Assembly (NCBI GenBank): GCA_034531195.2
Contig: JAVRBO020000103.1
Span: forward strand, 16,744-80,743
Source: Nostoc sp. ChiSLP01
GTDB taxonomy: Bacteria; Cyanobacteriota; Cyanobacteriia; Cyanobacteriales; Nostocaceae
Reading direction: 5' to 3'
DNA length: 64,000 nt
The position numbers and the translations under genes were made by a program. Below are positions 1 through 8,991 of this stretch, one piece after another. How positions within the stretch are numbered: position 1 is the stretch's first letter; each line of letters opens with the position of its first letter. Under the pieces are notes generated by a model that worked only from the letters and a program-made list of their open reading frames with translations, did no database searches and was not told the origin of the DNA.

Positions 1-207
1 TTTGTTCGGGGGCGGTTGCGGCTTCGGCTGCTGCTGCGCCTTCACCTGTGCGGTCAATTTCACTAACGCTGAATTGTTGTGCTGCTGCATAATCAGCATC
101 AAAATCCACGTTTGGCGCTTTTTCTTCACCACTAGCTATGTTTTCGGCAGCTAATTGAGCATCATGGGTGGGAGCTTCATTAACATTGGGTTTTATTTCA
201 TCTGGCA
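1..207 (-). CDS. hypothetical protein, N-terminal part only (gene runs off the left edge)
   Basis: The reverse-strand ATG at 205-207 is open to the window edge. It translates as MPDEIKPNVNEAPTHDAQLAAENIASGEEKAPNV..., which is acidic and Ala-rich. I recognise no family. Confidence 0.35.
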
Positions 208-427
208 TATTTAAAACCTTAGGTAAATTTTTATTGCTGGGGCAATCATAGCAAACTAACTCGCTTCTTTCTTACTTTCTAGCGAAAGATTTTTACCTCT
301 ATTAAAAGGTAGATTAATGTTGCAATTGATAATTAATTTAATTCTTTCTCTTGATAGTAGAATCTAATTCTGAAACTTTGGTAAGTCTTAGTTTGGCCTG
401 TTTTTTAAACTGTGTTGGAGAAAAGTT

Positions 428-958
428 ATGAATACAAGTTACGATAAAAATATTTCTCAAGCCCGAAGCAATGAAAGTCAAAAAGTGGTAGATGCGTTTA
501 ACGCCTTAGATACCGATGCAAAATTAGCTTGGTTCTATTTTGTTTATAAAAAAATGGGCGATTCCATTACCCCAGCGGCTCCTGCTGCTACCGATCCGGA
601 ATTAGCACCAAAGTTGCTAGGAGATTATTTTGAGTTATCAGATGACGAGCAATTAAACATTATGCGGGATATTGTTAACCGCAAAGACACAGAATATTCC
701 CGCGCTTATGGGGCGATTAAAGAAAACAATCAGTTGTTAGTTTGGTATGCTTGGGCAGTAGCTATGGGAGATAAAGTAGTTGGGTTACCAGCTAGCTACC
801 AGCCAAGCCAGGCCATTAATGATTTGCTTTCCCAAATAGAAGAGCTAGATTTTGACGAGCAAATTTCGGTGTTCCGGACAATAGCTGGTGAATTGGGTTA
901 CACCGATGTTAAGCCAGTTGAGACACAGGCACAAACTGGTAAAACGTCAAGTCTGTAA
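428..958 (+). CDS. helical carotenoid protein (stand-alone homologue of the orange carotenoid protein N-terminal domain)
   Basis: The 176-aa ORF has GGAG about 10 nt upstream. It is collinear by eye with the OCP N-terminal all-helical domain (LDTDAKLAWFYFVYKKMG..ITPAAPAA..NNQLLVWYAWAVAMG..LPASYQPS..ISVFRTIAGELGY). No NTF2-like C-terminal domain is present. Confidence 0.85.
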   Translation: MNTSYDKNISQARSNESQKVVDAFNALDTDAKLAWFYFVYKKMGDSITPAAPAATDPELAPKLLGDYFELSDDEQLNIMRDIVNRKDTEYSRAYGAIKENNQLLVWYAWAVAMGDKVVGLPASYQPSQAINDLLSQIEELDFDEQISVFRTIAGELGYTDVKPVETQAQTGKTSSL

Positions 959-992
959 TTATGCCAATTTTCGTCGAATAGAGAACATATAC

Positions 993-1020
993 GTAGGGGC
1001 ACAATATATTGTGCCCCTAC
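993..1020. repeat. 28-nt perfect palindrome GTAGGGGCACAATATATTGTGCCCCTAC (dispersed hairpin; likely bidirectional terminator)
   Basis: It lies between the convergent HCP and ABC-ATPase genes. Related copies are at 8697-8724 and 26931-26952. Confidence 0.85.
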
Positions 1021-1055
1021 AATGGCGTGTTTGATTCAAAATTTGGAATTGATAA

Positions 1056-1841
1056 TTAAGAGACAGCAAGTTGATTCAAGTCAGACGGAGTTAGGTTAGA
1101 GTGTACCACCTCACCATCGCGGAACCAAACGATGCGTTGGGTTTGACGTGCTACTTCTGGTTCGTGGGTTACCATAACAACGGTGATTCCGCTAGCATTG
1201 AGTTCGCTAAAGATGTCTAAGACTTCTTGGGTTGTGCGCGAATCAAGTGCGCCGGTGGGTTCATCGGCTAGGAGTACTACGGGACGGTTGACAATGGCAC
1301 GAGCGATCGCTACTCTTTGTTGTTGTCCCCCTGATAGTTGAGTTGGTTTGTTATTGAGGCGTTTTGCTAAGCCGACTCGTGTCAGTGCTTCGATGGCGCG
1401 ATCGCTTCTTTCTTTTGGATTCACGTTAGCATATACCATTGGCAGCATCACATTTTCTAATGCTGTGAGTTGAGGTAATAAGTGGAATTGTTGGAACACA
1501 AACCCCAGCTTTTTGTTACGGATGTGTGCCAATGATTTATCCTCCATTTGCGCCACATCTATATTATCTAAGTAATAATGTCCGTCTGTGGGTCGGTCTA
1601 GACAGCCGATAATATTCATGGCTGTAGATTTACCGGAACCAGAAGGCCCCATAATTGAACAATATTCGCCTTCGTGGATAATCAAATTCACATCGTTGAG
1701 TGCTTTGACTTCGGTTTCGCCACTGCCGTAGACTTTATATATATTTTCTAAACGAATAATAGTTGATTTCGGTACAGGATTAGGAACTAGAGAATCCGTA
1801 ATTGAAATAGTCTTTGCCATAAGGATTTGGTTATTAGCCAA
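1056..1841 (-). CDS. ABC transporter ATP-binding protein (MacB/LolD/DevA type)
   Basis: It has Walker A GPSGSGKST, the signature LSGGQQQRVAIARA, Walker B VVLLADEPTGALD and the H-loop VTHE. No permease or adaptor gene is adjacent; the upstream side holds a MITE-like repeat instead. Confidence 0.9.
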   Translation of the reverse strand: MANNQILMAKTISITDSLVPNPVPKSTIIRLENIYKVYGSGETEVKALNDVNLIIHEGEYCSIMGPSGSGKSTAMNIIGCLDRPTDGHYYLDNIDVAQMEDKSLAHIRNKKLGFVFQQFHLLPQLTALENVMLPMVYANVNPKERSDRAIEALTRVGLAKRLNNKPTQLSGGQQQRVAIARAIVNRPVVLLADEPTGALDSRTTQEVLDIFSELNASGITVVMVTHEPEVARQTQRIVWFRDGEVVHSNLTPSDLNQLAVS

Positions 1842-2003
1842 TGTTGAATATTAATTAATTTTATCTTGCGTATCTCTTTTCTTCTTTTCCCTCTAGCAAG
1901 AACTCCCTCTGCCTCTTGCACCAGTTACTCTGTACGTCATGCAAATGAAAACTGCTATCAGAGGATGTTTGAAAAGTCATGATTGATGTATCAAATATTT
2001 TTT

Positions 2004-2260
2004 ACCCCACCCTAACCCTCCCCTTGCTAAGCAGGGCTGTTTCATTCGATCTCTTGGGTATTTTGTCAAGAGTATGAGTCAGAAATTTGCTTGATTGGGG
2101 AAAAGAAAAGCTACCACCTCAACGAGTAAATTTAAGTGCGATCGCGATTTTATTGCCCAATCAGATTTTTTAGTCACCTGACTTTTTTGCTTGAAACGCT
2201 TGTAAATCAGCGCTTTTTCGGGAACGAAACAGCCCTGCCTTGCTAAGGGGCGGGTGGGGT
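2004..2260. mobile_element. MITE-like element with ~35-bp terminal inverted repeats
   Basis: The left arm at 2004-2043 is ACCCCACCCTAACCCTCCCCTTGCTAAGCAGGGCTGTTTC. The right arm at 2226-2260 is GAAACAGCCCTGCCTTGCTAAGGGGCGGGTGGGGT. No ORF lies inside. The right flank GGCGGGTGGGGTGTTTGAGGATTTGTAAGTAATTAA recurs inverted at 10049-10083. Confidence 0.7.
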
Positions 2261-2611
2261 GTTTGAGGATTTGTAAGTAATTAAGGGAACTTGATATAAA
2301 ACCTTAAGCAAACATTAAGCATATCTACTTATATGTCTTAAGAAAGTAGTTGAGAAATTAGGAAAGCTATATTGTATAGATATAATAAATTATTTTGACA
2401 AATAGAACAAATTATGAATCAAAAGCAAAAAATATCCAACAAAGCTTATATCTGGGTGAATATTGATTTTGATAAGGTTAAAGACAGAATAAATGTGGTG
2501 ACTTCCAAAATTGAGCAGGTTATCCAAAAGTACCAATTTTCAAGAGCTAATGACTCAGGCAAAAGGAACAATTAGGTTGTTACCAAAGCGATTGCAGTTG
2601 GTATTTTTGGC

Positions 2612-3532
2612 TTAAGAACGTCTTACATTCAAACAACACCATTCTTTGCGTTTCCACAGAGTAGCAACCACCCAGCCATGTTTTTCTAAGGCGTCAGCGA
2701 CAGCTTTAGATTGTTCGAGTAAAATACCGCTGAAGATAGCCCAAGTGTTAGGCTTGGCGATCGCACTCATTTCTGGAACCAACTCAATAATTACATTAGC
2801 CAAGATATTGCAAACAATACCGTCCACTGGCTTTTCTAGCAGTTTTGTCAAAGCCTCTACACTTCCCTGTGCAGGTATTAAACGTTCTGCGCTAATCTCA
2901 TTCAAGGTACGATTGCTAATAGTTGATTGCACCGCCAATGGGTCAGTATCCACTGCATAGACTTTCTCTGCTCCCAGTAGCAACGCCCCGATGGAAAGGA
3001 TACCAGAACCACAACCTATGTCAGCAATTACCGTATGCTCTTGTTTACCAGCAGTACCCACAAAGGATTGCGGTACTTCACTTAGACGCATTTCCAAAGA
3101 TTCTAAACATAGCTGAGTTGTAGCATGATTTCCTGTACCAAATGCTACACCTGGATCGAGAAGAATTACTAACCGTTGGTTTGTTTCAGGTAATGGTAGC
3201 CATGCGGGGTTAATCAAAAAGCGATCGCCAATTTCTTGGGGTTGCCAATATTGTTTCCAGCTAGTGGCCCAATCTTCTTCATCAATCAATTCCCAACGCA
3301 AGGTGGGAGATGAAAGCCCTACACAGAGGGCATCTTGACGCAACCGCAGCGATAGTGCTGCCAAATCTAGTAATTGTGTTTGAATTGTCGGCAAGTAACC
3401 CCTGATTAAAGAGGAATTTCCTTTGCTTTCACTAGCTGTGCCACGACAGCCAAAATCTTCCAGCCGCCAAAAGATAGAATCTTCTAGATCCGGATCGCAT
3501 AAAATTTGTAGTTCCCACCAGGTGTTTGCCAT
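2612..3532 (-). CDS. prmA: ribosomal protein L11 methyltransferase
   Basis: The 306-aa ORF has the PrmA N-terminal pattern ([20 protein letters not shown]) and SAM motif [12 protein letters not shown]. Confidence 0.85.
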   Translation of the reverse strand: MANTWWELQILCDPDLEDSIFWRLEDFGCRGTASESKGNSSLIRGYLPTIQTQLLDLAALSLRLRQDALCVGLSSPTLRWELIDEEDWATSWKQYWQPQEIGDRFLINPAWLPLPETNQRLVILLDPGVAFGTGNHATTQLCLESLEMRLSEVPQSFVGTAGKQEHTVIADIGCGSGILSIGALLLGAEKVYAVDTDPLAVQSTISNRTLNEISAERLIPAQGSVEALTKLLEKPVDGIVCNILANVIIELVPEMSAIAKPNTWAIFSGILLEQSKAVADALEKHGWVVATLWKRKEWCCLNVRRS

Positions 3533-3560
3533 GTTTGAGTGCTGAGTGGTGAGTATGAAA

Positions 3561-3677
3561 GAGTTAGGAGTTAGGAGTTAGGAGTTAGGAGTTTTGGTTT
3601 TTACCTTCTCTATGAGTTAGGAGTTTTATTTTTTAACTTTTAATTCCTCACTCCTAACTTTTCTTCACTCCTAACTT
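3561..3677. repeat. STRR-type heptamer repeats (GAGTTAG x4.5) with inverted copies (CTCCTAACT) forming a long hairpin
   Basis: The direct run is at 3561-3593. Inverted copies lie at 3646-3660 and 3666-3677. The block sits between the prmA start and the serA stop. Confidence 0.9.
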
Positions 3678-3691
3678 TTTTCACTTAGCAC

Positions 3692-5272
3692 TCATAGAGT
3701 TACTGTAAAAGCGTCCCGAATGCCAGGGACTTTAATAATCTCATCTAAGATGCCCTCAGGTAAAGGGTCATCTATGCTCAGAGCCATGACTGCATCACCA
3801 CGGACGATTTTTCGACCGACTTGCATACTGGCAATGTTCACATTGAAACTGCCAAGCAGCGAACCGAGTTTACCAATAATTCCCGGCATATCGCGGTGTA
3901 GGGTAAACAGCATATATTTACTGGGTGGGACGTTAATCGGGAAACCGTCAACGTCGGTGAGATGGATTTCTCGTTCGCCCAACAAAGCGCCTGTGACAGA
4001 ATGAGTACCTAAAGTACCCGTGGCTTCTAGATGCAGCGTGCCGGCATAATCTCTAATGGAAGCATCGCGGGTTTCAATTACCCGAATTCCGCGTTCTTTA
4101 GCTTCGATGCTGGCATTTACGTAATTTACGCGTTCGCGCAAGGCTTGGTAAAGCAATCCTTTGAGGGCAGCTACTACCAAAGGTTGACTTTTGTTGGTTG
4201 CGAGTTCCCCTTGGAGTCGCACATTTAGGACTTCCACTCGTCCGCCAGCTAGCTGTCCCACTAAATTACCTAGAGTTTCTGCTAGTTGCATGTAGGGTTT
4301 GAGTTCTTCCAACACATCAGGGCCGAGTCCGGGGATGTTAACGGCGGAACGTGCGGGTAGGCCTAACAGTACATCCCGAATTTGTTCGGCGACATCGATG
4401 GCTACATTCACCTGTGCTTCCGTGGTGGATGCTCCCAAGTGGGGGGTGAGAATGACTTCCTTGCCTAGCGATCGCAATTCCGATTCTCCCAGCGGTTCTG
4501 ACTCGAACACATCTAAGGCGGCACCTGCGATTTTACCAGCTTTGATTGCTGCTGCTAAAGCTGTTTCCTCAATAATCCCACCACGAGCGCAGTTAACAAT
4601 CCGGGCTGTGGGTTTCATCTTTGCCAGGGTTACGGCATTGATTAAGTGGGTAGTTTCTGGAGTTTTAGGGATGTGTAGGGTGATATAATCTGCTTGCTGG
4701 AAAAGCAAGTCCAGTTCTACTAACTGACAACCAATTTGTTCGGCTCGTTCTGTGGAGATAAACGGGTCATAAGCGAGTAATTTCATCCCCATTGCCTTAG
4801 CCACAGCAGCTACATGGGAGCCAATTTTCCCCAAACCGACAATACCGAGAGTTTTTTTGTAGACTTCTGCACCGATAAAGCTATTGCGATCCCATGCGCC
4901 GCGTTTCACTGAAGCATTTGCATCGGGGATATGGCGAGACAAAGCTAAAATCATCGCTATAGCATGTTCAGCAGCAGCGATGGTGTTTCCCTCAGGCGAA
5001 TTAACTACGACAATTCCTCGGCGTGTGGCGGCGGGAACATCCACATTATCCACACCCACACCAGCGCGACCGATGATTTTTAGCTGGATACCAGCTTCAA
5101 TAATTTCTTGGGTGACGCGCGTACCAGAACGAATCATTAGCGCGTCGTACTCACCAATAATTTCTATCAGTTCTGCTGGTTTTAGACCTGTTTTGACATC
5201 AACAGTAGCAACTTGAGAAAGAATGTCAATTCCAGCTTGGTCAATAGAATCAGAGACAAGAACCTTAGACAT
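3692..5272 (-). CDS. serA: D-3-phosphoglycerate dehydrogenase
   Basis: The 526-aa ORF has a 2-hydroxyacid dehydrogenase core (GIVGLGKIGSHVA NAD fold, catalytic R..E..H context LTPHLGAST). It also carries the long-form intervening domain and a C-terminal ACT domain. Confidence 0.92.
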   Translation of the reverse strand: MSKVLVSDSIDQAGIDILSQVATVDVKTGLKPAELIEIIGEYDALMIRSGTRVTQEIIEAGIQLKIIGRAGVGVDNVDVPAATRRGIVVVNSPEGNTIAAAEHAIAMILALSRHIPDANASVKRGAWDRNSFIGAEVYKKTLGIVGLGKIGSHVAAVAKAMGMKLLAYDPFISTERAEQIGCQLVELDLLFQQADYITLHIPKTPETTHLINAVTLAKMKPTARIVNCARGGIIEETALAAAIKAGKIAGAALDVFESEPLGESELRSLGKEVILTPHLGASTTEAQVNVAIDVAEQIRDVLLGLPARSAVNIPGLGPDVLEELKPYMQLAETLGNLVGQLAGGRVEVLNVRLQGELATNKSQPLVVAALKGLLYQALRERVNYVNASIEAKERGIRVIETRDASIRDYAGTLHLEATGTLGTHSVTGALLGEREIHLTDVDGFPINVPPSKYMLFTLHRDMPGIIGKLGSLLGSFNVNIASMQVGRKIVRGDAVMALSIDDPLPEGILDEIIKVPGIRDAFTVTL

Positions 5273-5876
5273 GATTACTTTATTTAAAGCTACAGGTTTT
5301 GCTGCACAAGACTTTTTAGTTTAGTCTTTATCTGTCGCAATTCAGCAAAAATTATCAGTTTTAATATCAACTTAACCTTGAGTTACACTGCGTGCTGATG
5401 GTAGGTATGCGGGCGCGAGTTGCTTAGTGGTGATATCTGCTGCCTCCTAGTCTTTGAACGCGAGTGGGTGTTTGCACTACCCTGTCGCTAAATATAAAGC
5501 ATGAATGGTATCGACCTCGATATATTTATTAATAGTTAAGAGTTACCAAAAATTTTATCGGCTTCAGCAACTTTGCGGAATATGCCAGATTGGTAAGTTA
5601 AACTAGCCGAGGCTTTTTGTTTGCTGGAGGTATTTTATACGGTGCAAAGGCAGCTAGCTTGTTGTCAGAGGTTGGTTTTTTTGGTTTTTGGATGAGAGCG
5701 ATCGCTATTATATAGAACCCATTTGATGAAAATTAATTCTGCGTTACCCGAAATCCTTGGAAGGAGCGAACAGCTGTTCGCCCCTACATCATTTCTGGAG
5801 ATGTCTATTAAAAATCGTTATAATTCTGGTGACCCAAAAAAACCCAGTATTATTTGAGTTTTCGGGAAACCAAGCC

Positions 5877-6659
5877 ATGTTAGAGTACAACTTGCCAAGG
5901 TACTTGCCTTCAGCCGAAGAACTACCCGACTCTGATGAAACGCCTGTGGATAATGAACTACAAGAATTGATACCAGGGTTGTTAAAGTCGATACTGCTGA
6001 TACTTTGGGCAGAACGCATGGACTGGTTTTTTGGGATAGATATGGGTATTTATTATCACCCCGATAAGCCTGCGATCGTGCCAGATGGCTTTTTGAGTTT
6101 AGGAGTAGAGCGATTTTATGATGAGGAACTGCGTCCTAGTTATGTGCTGTGGGATGAAAACGTTCTACCGATTTTGGTACTAGAAATTGTTTCCCAAAAT
6201 TATCGCAAAGAATATAGCACTAAATTGGATGAATATGCAGCATTAGGTGTACTTTACTATGTAATTTATTCTTCTCGCCGCCGCCGCAAACCTCGATTAG
6301 AAGTGCATAAATTAGTTAATGGTAGATATGAATTGCAAGAAGGAAACCCCGTTTGGTTACCAGAAATTGGTTTAGGAATTGGTTGCGAAAGGGGAAACTA
6401 TAGCGGCGTAACGCGAGAATGGATGTATTGGTATGACGAGACTGGAAAACGCTATCCCACACCAGCAGAACAAATTAAACTAGAAGTAGAACGCGCTCAG
6501 CAAGAAGCACAACGCGCTCAACAAGAAGCACAACGCGCCCAGCAAGAAGCACAACGCGCCCAGCAAGAAGCACAACGCGCTGAAATTGCAGAACAACGCG
6601 TTCAACAATTAGCAGAACAATTAAGAGTGCTGGGAATCGATCCAGATAATCTCCGTTAG
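5877..6659 (+). CDS. Uma2-family (DUF820, PD-(D/E)xK fold) putative endonuclease with C-terminal QQEAQRA heptad-repeat tail
   Basis: I take the ATG at 5877 as the start (MLEYNLPRYLPS...); the track ORF begins at an upstream TTG. The Uma2 core motifs are visible (PDSDETPVDNELQ, VPDGFLSLGV, LVLEIVS). The tail is (QQEAQRA)x4 followed by LAEQLRVLGIDPDNL. Confidence 0.8.
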   Translation: MLEYNLPRYLPSAEELPDSDETPVDNELQELIPGLLKSILLILWAERMDWFFGIDMGIYYHPDKPAIVPDGFLSLGVERFYDEELRPSYVLWDENVLPILVLEIVSQNYRKEYSTKLDEYAALGVLYYVIYSSRRRRKPRLEVHKLVNGRYELQEGNPVWLPEIGLGIGCERGNYSGVTREWMYWYDETGKRYPTPAEQIKLEVERAQQEAQRAQQEAQRAQQEAQRAQQEAQRAEIAEQRVQQLAEQLRVLGIDPDNLR

Positions 6660-6774
6660 GTAGATATTTGAAAATATTTTCAACAAAACTGAAAAATAAT
6701 CTAAAGTACATAAAGATTCGTCTCTTACTCACGGAGAAAAAGTGTTTTACTCTTGAATTCTGAATTTTGCTGTA

Positions 6775-7626
6775 TTACTTTTTAGGAATCACGTTTCTGA
6801 TTCCACTTTTGGGAGAAACAGTATCACCTTTGTAACGGGGGATGATATGAATACTGGTGTGCATAATATTTTGCCCTGCTTCTCGATTTATGTTCATTCC
6901 TACATTAAAACCATTAGGCTCAAATTCAGTTTTGAGAATTTCTTGCACTTTATTTACCATAAACCAGCAAGCAGATTGTTCTTTAAATGGTAGTTCAAAG
7001 TAATTGCTAACATGACGTTTAGGGATAACTAAAACATGTCCTTTACTTATAGGATAGCCATCAAATATAGCGTAAGCTGTTGCTGATTCAGTTAAGAGTT
7101 TGAGATTTTTACGTGGATTACAAAATATACAATTATTAAATGAATTTTGCTGATGATTATAGTGAATATATTCATATACCTCCCGATGCTCATCTAAATA
7201 AAGTGAAGGAAAAGGAAGTTGCACGATACATTGATATGTAGGTTTTTTATGAACATAATGTTCGCGAAAACCTTCTTTTTTAATATCCCTTCTCACAACG
7301 TAATAAGCTTTACATCCAGCTTTTAATAAATGTGATATTTGCATCAGAATATTAGCTTGTTCTTCAGCAAATAAAACATTTAAAACATAAAAGCAAATTA
7401 TTGTATCAAATTTATTCTGAGGATATTCTGGAAAATAATAAGGATCGTAACCTGTAATATCACAGCCTTTTTGGCGTAAAATTTTCACATCATTACCAAA
7501 GCCACAACCAAAGTCTAGTATTTTCCCTTGCAGCAGATTTTGATTTAATAAAAACTGTGCTGGAAATGATAGATAAGTTCTTTCGATCGCAGTTAGATAG
7601 CTGAATTGATTTTTTTGCTGTTTCAT
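6775..7626 (-). CDS. fusion protein: class I SAM-dependent methyltransferase (N-terminal) + HIT-family domain (C-terminal)
   Basis: The N-terminal half has methyltransferase motif I ILDFGCGFGND and post-I GYDP. The C-terminal half is HIT-like (CIFCN...AIFDGYPISKGHVLVIPKRHV...GFNVGMNINREAGQNIMHTSIHIIPRYKGD). The triad reads H-T-S-I-H rather than H-x-H-x-H. Confidence 0.75.
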   Translation of the reverse strand: MKQQKNQFSYLTAIERTYLSFPAQFLLNQNLLQGKILDFGCGFGNDVKILRQKGCDITGYDPYYFPEYPQNKFDTIICFYVLNVLFAEEQANILMQISHLLKAGCKAYYVVRRDIKKEGFREHYVHKKPTYQCIVQLPFPSLYLDEHREVYEYIHYNHQQNSFNNCIFCNPRKNLKLLTESATAYAIFDGYPISKGHVLVIPKRHVSNYFELPFKEQSACWFMVNKVQEILKTEFEPNGFNVGMNINREAGQNIMHTSIHIIPRYKGDTVSPKSGIRNVIPKK

Positions 7627-7686
7627 AATAATTATGGGGTATATGCACCAAAATTATTATTCCCAGCATTTTTGAGGTTATGCGAT

Positions 7687-7710
7687 GTCTACGATGAGCT
7701 ACGCCTACAC
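7687..7710 (+). repeat. 24-nt dispersed motif GTCTACGA[C/T]G[G/A]GCTACGCCTAC[G/A]C, copy 1
   Basis: The sequence is GTCTACGATGAGCTACGCCTACAC. It overlaps the stop codon (7705-7707) of the Uma2 gene. Confidence 0.85.
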
Positions 7711-8550
7711 ATCAGGGTCAACTCCTAATTCGCGTAATCTAGCTGCTAATATATCAGCACGTTGGCGTTCTTGTTCGGCACGTTGGCGTTCTTGTTCGGC
7801 ACGTTGGCTTTCCTGTTCGGCACGTTGGCTTTCCTGTTCGGCACGTTGGCTTTCCTGTTCGGCGCGTTGGCGTTCCTGTTCGGCACGTTGACGTTCTTGT
7901 TCAGCTTGTTCGCTACTCCACAAAAGCAAATTTCCTTCTTTATCCCACCATCGCAGCCAATTTGTGCTGTTGCAAAGTCTTTCGCCATACCAAATTCCCA
8001 GGAATAAATCCAACTCAGGAATCCAAAAGCGTCCATTGCTATCTGCTTGTTGCAAAGTATATCGTCCATTTTGCAAGCAGCGTACTTCTAAATTGGGTTC
8101 GTAGGGATCGTAGGTTACGTAGGTTGGAACCTTAAGAATTCGTTCGTAAAAATAGAGCTTACCATAGGGTGGAGTTGAGCGAACCGAGAGTTCTCCACCT
8201 TCTGTGTCTGAGAGAAATTCCATCACCACACCAACAGCAGCGCCTTCTAAGTTCTGCGTGTAGCTACGCCGAATTACATCAGCGGCTACAGGGTGTACTT
8301 GAGAGACGTAAAACCAGTCTGGTGCTTTGACGACGATTTTTTTATTGACTGTGGCGACCAGTCCAAAATTAGAGCCAATTAGCATCTGCGGTTGGATGCG
8401 TTCTGCGGTTCCCAAAGCATCGGTAAGCGCCGCAGCGAGAACGGGTTGTTGAATATTTTCCACTGGATCGTCAGGTAAAATAAAGTCAGCTGGGAGCGCT
8501 TCCCAAGTAACAATTGGTTCTTTTTGGGTGGGTTGAATTTGTAGAACCAT
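7705..8550 (-). CDS. Uma2-family putative endonuclease with C-terminal (QRAEQE[RS]) heptad-repeat tail
   Basis: I take the start at MVLQIQPTQKEP (8550). The Uma2 core is present (LPDDPVENIQQP, APDWFYV, VVMEFLS). The tail is EQERQRAEQERQRAEQESQRA... followed by LAARLRELGVDPDV. The stop codon lies inside a 24-nt dispersed motif. Confidence 0.8.
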   Translation of the reverse strand: MVLQIQPTQKEPIVTWEALPADFILPDDPVENIQQPVLAAALTDALGTAERIQPQMLIGSNFGLVATVNKKIVVKAPDWFYVSQVHPVAADVIRRSYTQNLEGAAVGVVMEFLSDTEGGELSVRSTPPYGKLYFYERILKVPTYVTYDPYEPNLEVRCLQNGRYTLQQADSNGRFWIPELDLFLGIWYGERLCNSTNWLRWWDKEGNLLLWSSEQAEQERQRAEQERQRAEQESQRAEQESQRAEQESQRAEQERQRAEQERQRADILAARLRELGVDPDV

Positions 8551-8661
8551 AAAACGACTCCTAATATCAATTTCCAAGTTATCAGTTATTAGGGCTGTCT
8601 AACTCTTTAAGTTTGAGGCTTTTAATTGAACCTACGTATTCTGTCGCATTTTGCTGACTTT

Positions 8662-8724
8662 ACAGCAGATTGCTACTTTGTGAGGTACAGATAATTGTAG
8701 AGGCACAATATATTGTGCCCTTAC
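8662..8724. repeat. ~60-nt dispersed element ending in the GTAG..CTAC palindrome
   Basis: The sequence ACAGCAGATTGCTACTTTGTGAGGTACAGATAATTGTAGAGGCACAATATATTGTGCCCTTAC matches 26896-26952 with 2 mismatches over 57 nt. Confidence 0.9.
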
Positions 8725-8991
8725 CTATGTACTTTATTTACCTGAAATACGGTGTAAGTTGTTGCTTTAAACAACAGCATAATCTGTAAATTGTCGTTTG
8801 AATGTTTGAACGTTGAATAATCGTGGTTGTAAATACCTAAACTAGTTATAAATCCTCACAAACAACAAAACTTTTCTCAATCATCCCACTCAAGAAAAAC
8901 TGATAGGATTGATTTAAAGACTTGTGGAATCTCCTCTTCGTAAACAGACTGGACTTGCATAAATTACTATCAACAATTTTCGGCTCACCTT

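Noticed and set aside
2414-2575. A 53-aa ORF (MNQKQKISNKAYIWVNIDFDKVKDRINVVTSKIEQVIQKYQFSRANDSGKRNN) lies between the MITE and prmA.
   Set aside because: It has no SD, recognisable family or conservation evidence. It could be real, but I cannot support it.
2646-5216. Antisense ORFs lie inside prmA and serA (2646..2960, 2923..3123, 3720..4004, 4031..4228, 4299..4688, 4884..5216). Similar shadow ORFs lie inside other long genes, e.g. 10405, 12376, 19036, 25569, 25872, 27879-28592, 31598-31909, 37766-38269, 39297, 40915, 41454, 41862, 43053, 43959-44679, 46040, 47594-48150, 51189-52309, 53182, 55562-56109, 56607-57067 and 60374.
   Set aside because: Each overlaps a gene with strong family-level evidence on the opposite strand. 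Their low-complexity or biased composition is typical of shadow frames.
5390-5490. A GC-rich patch lies in the otherwise AT-rich serA upstream region and could be a leader or riboswitch-like element.
   Set aside because: I could only find direct repeats of CGCGAGT[TG]G. There was no convincing stem architecture or known riboswitch consensus.
7685-8069. Alternative-frame ORFs cross the Uma2 repeat tail (7685..7891, 7746..8069, 7762..8007). The analogous ORF at 6475..6732 is of the same kind.
   Set aside because: They are open because of the 21-bp coding repeat. The Uma2 frame is continuous with a recognisable domain.
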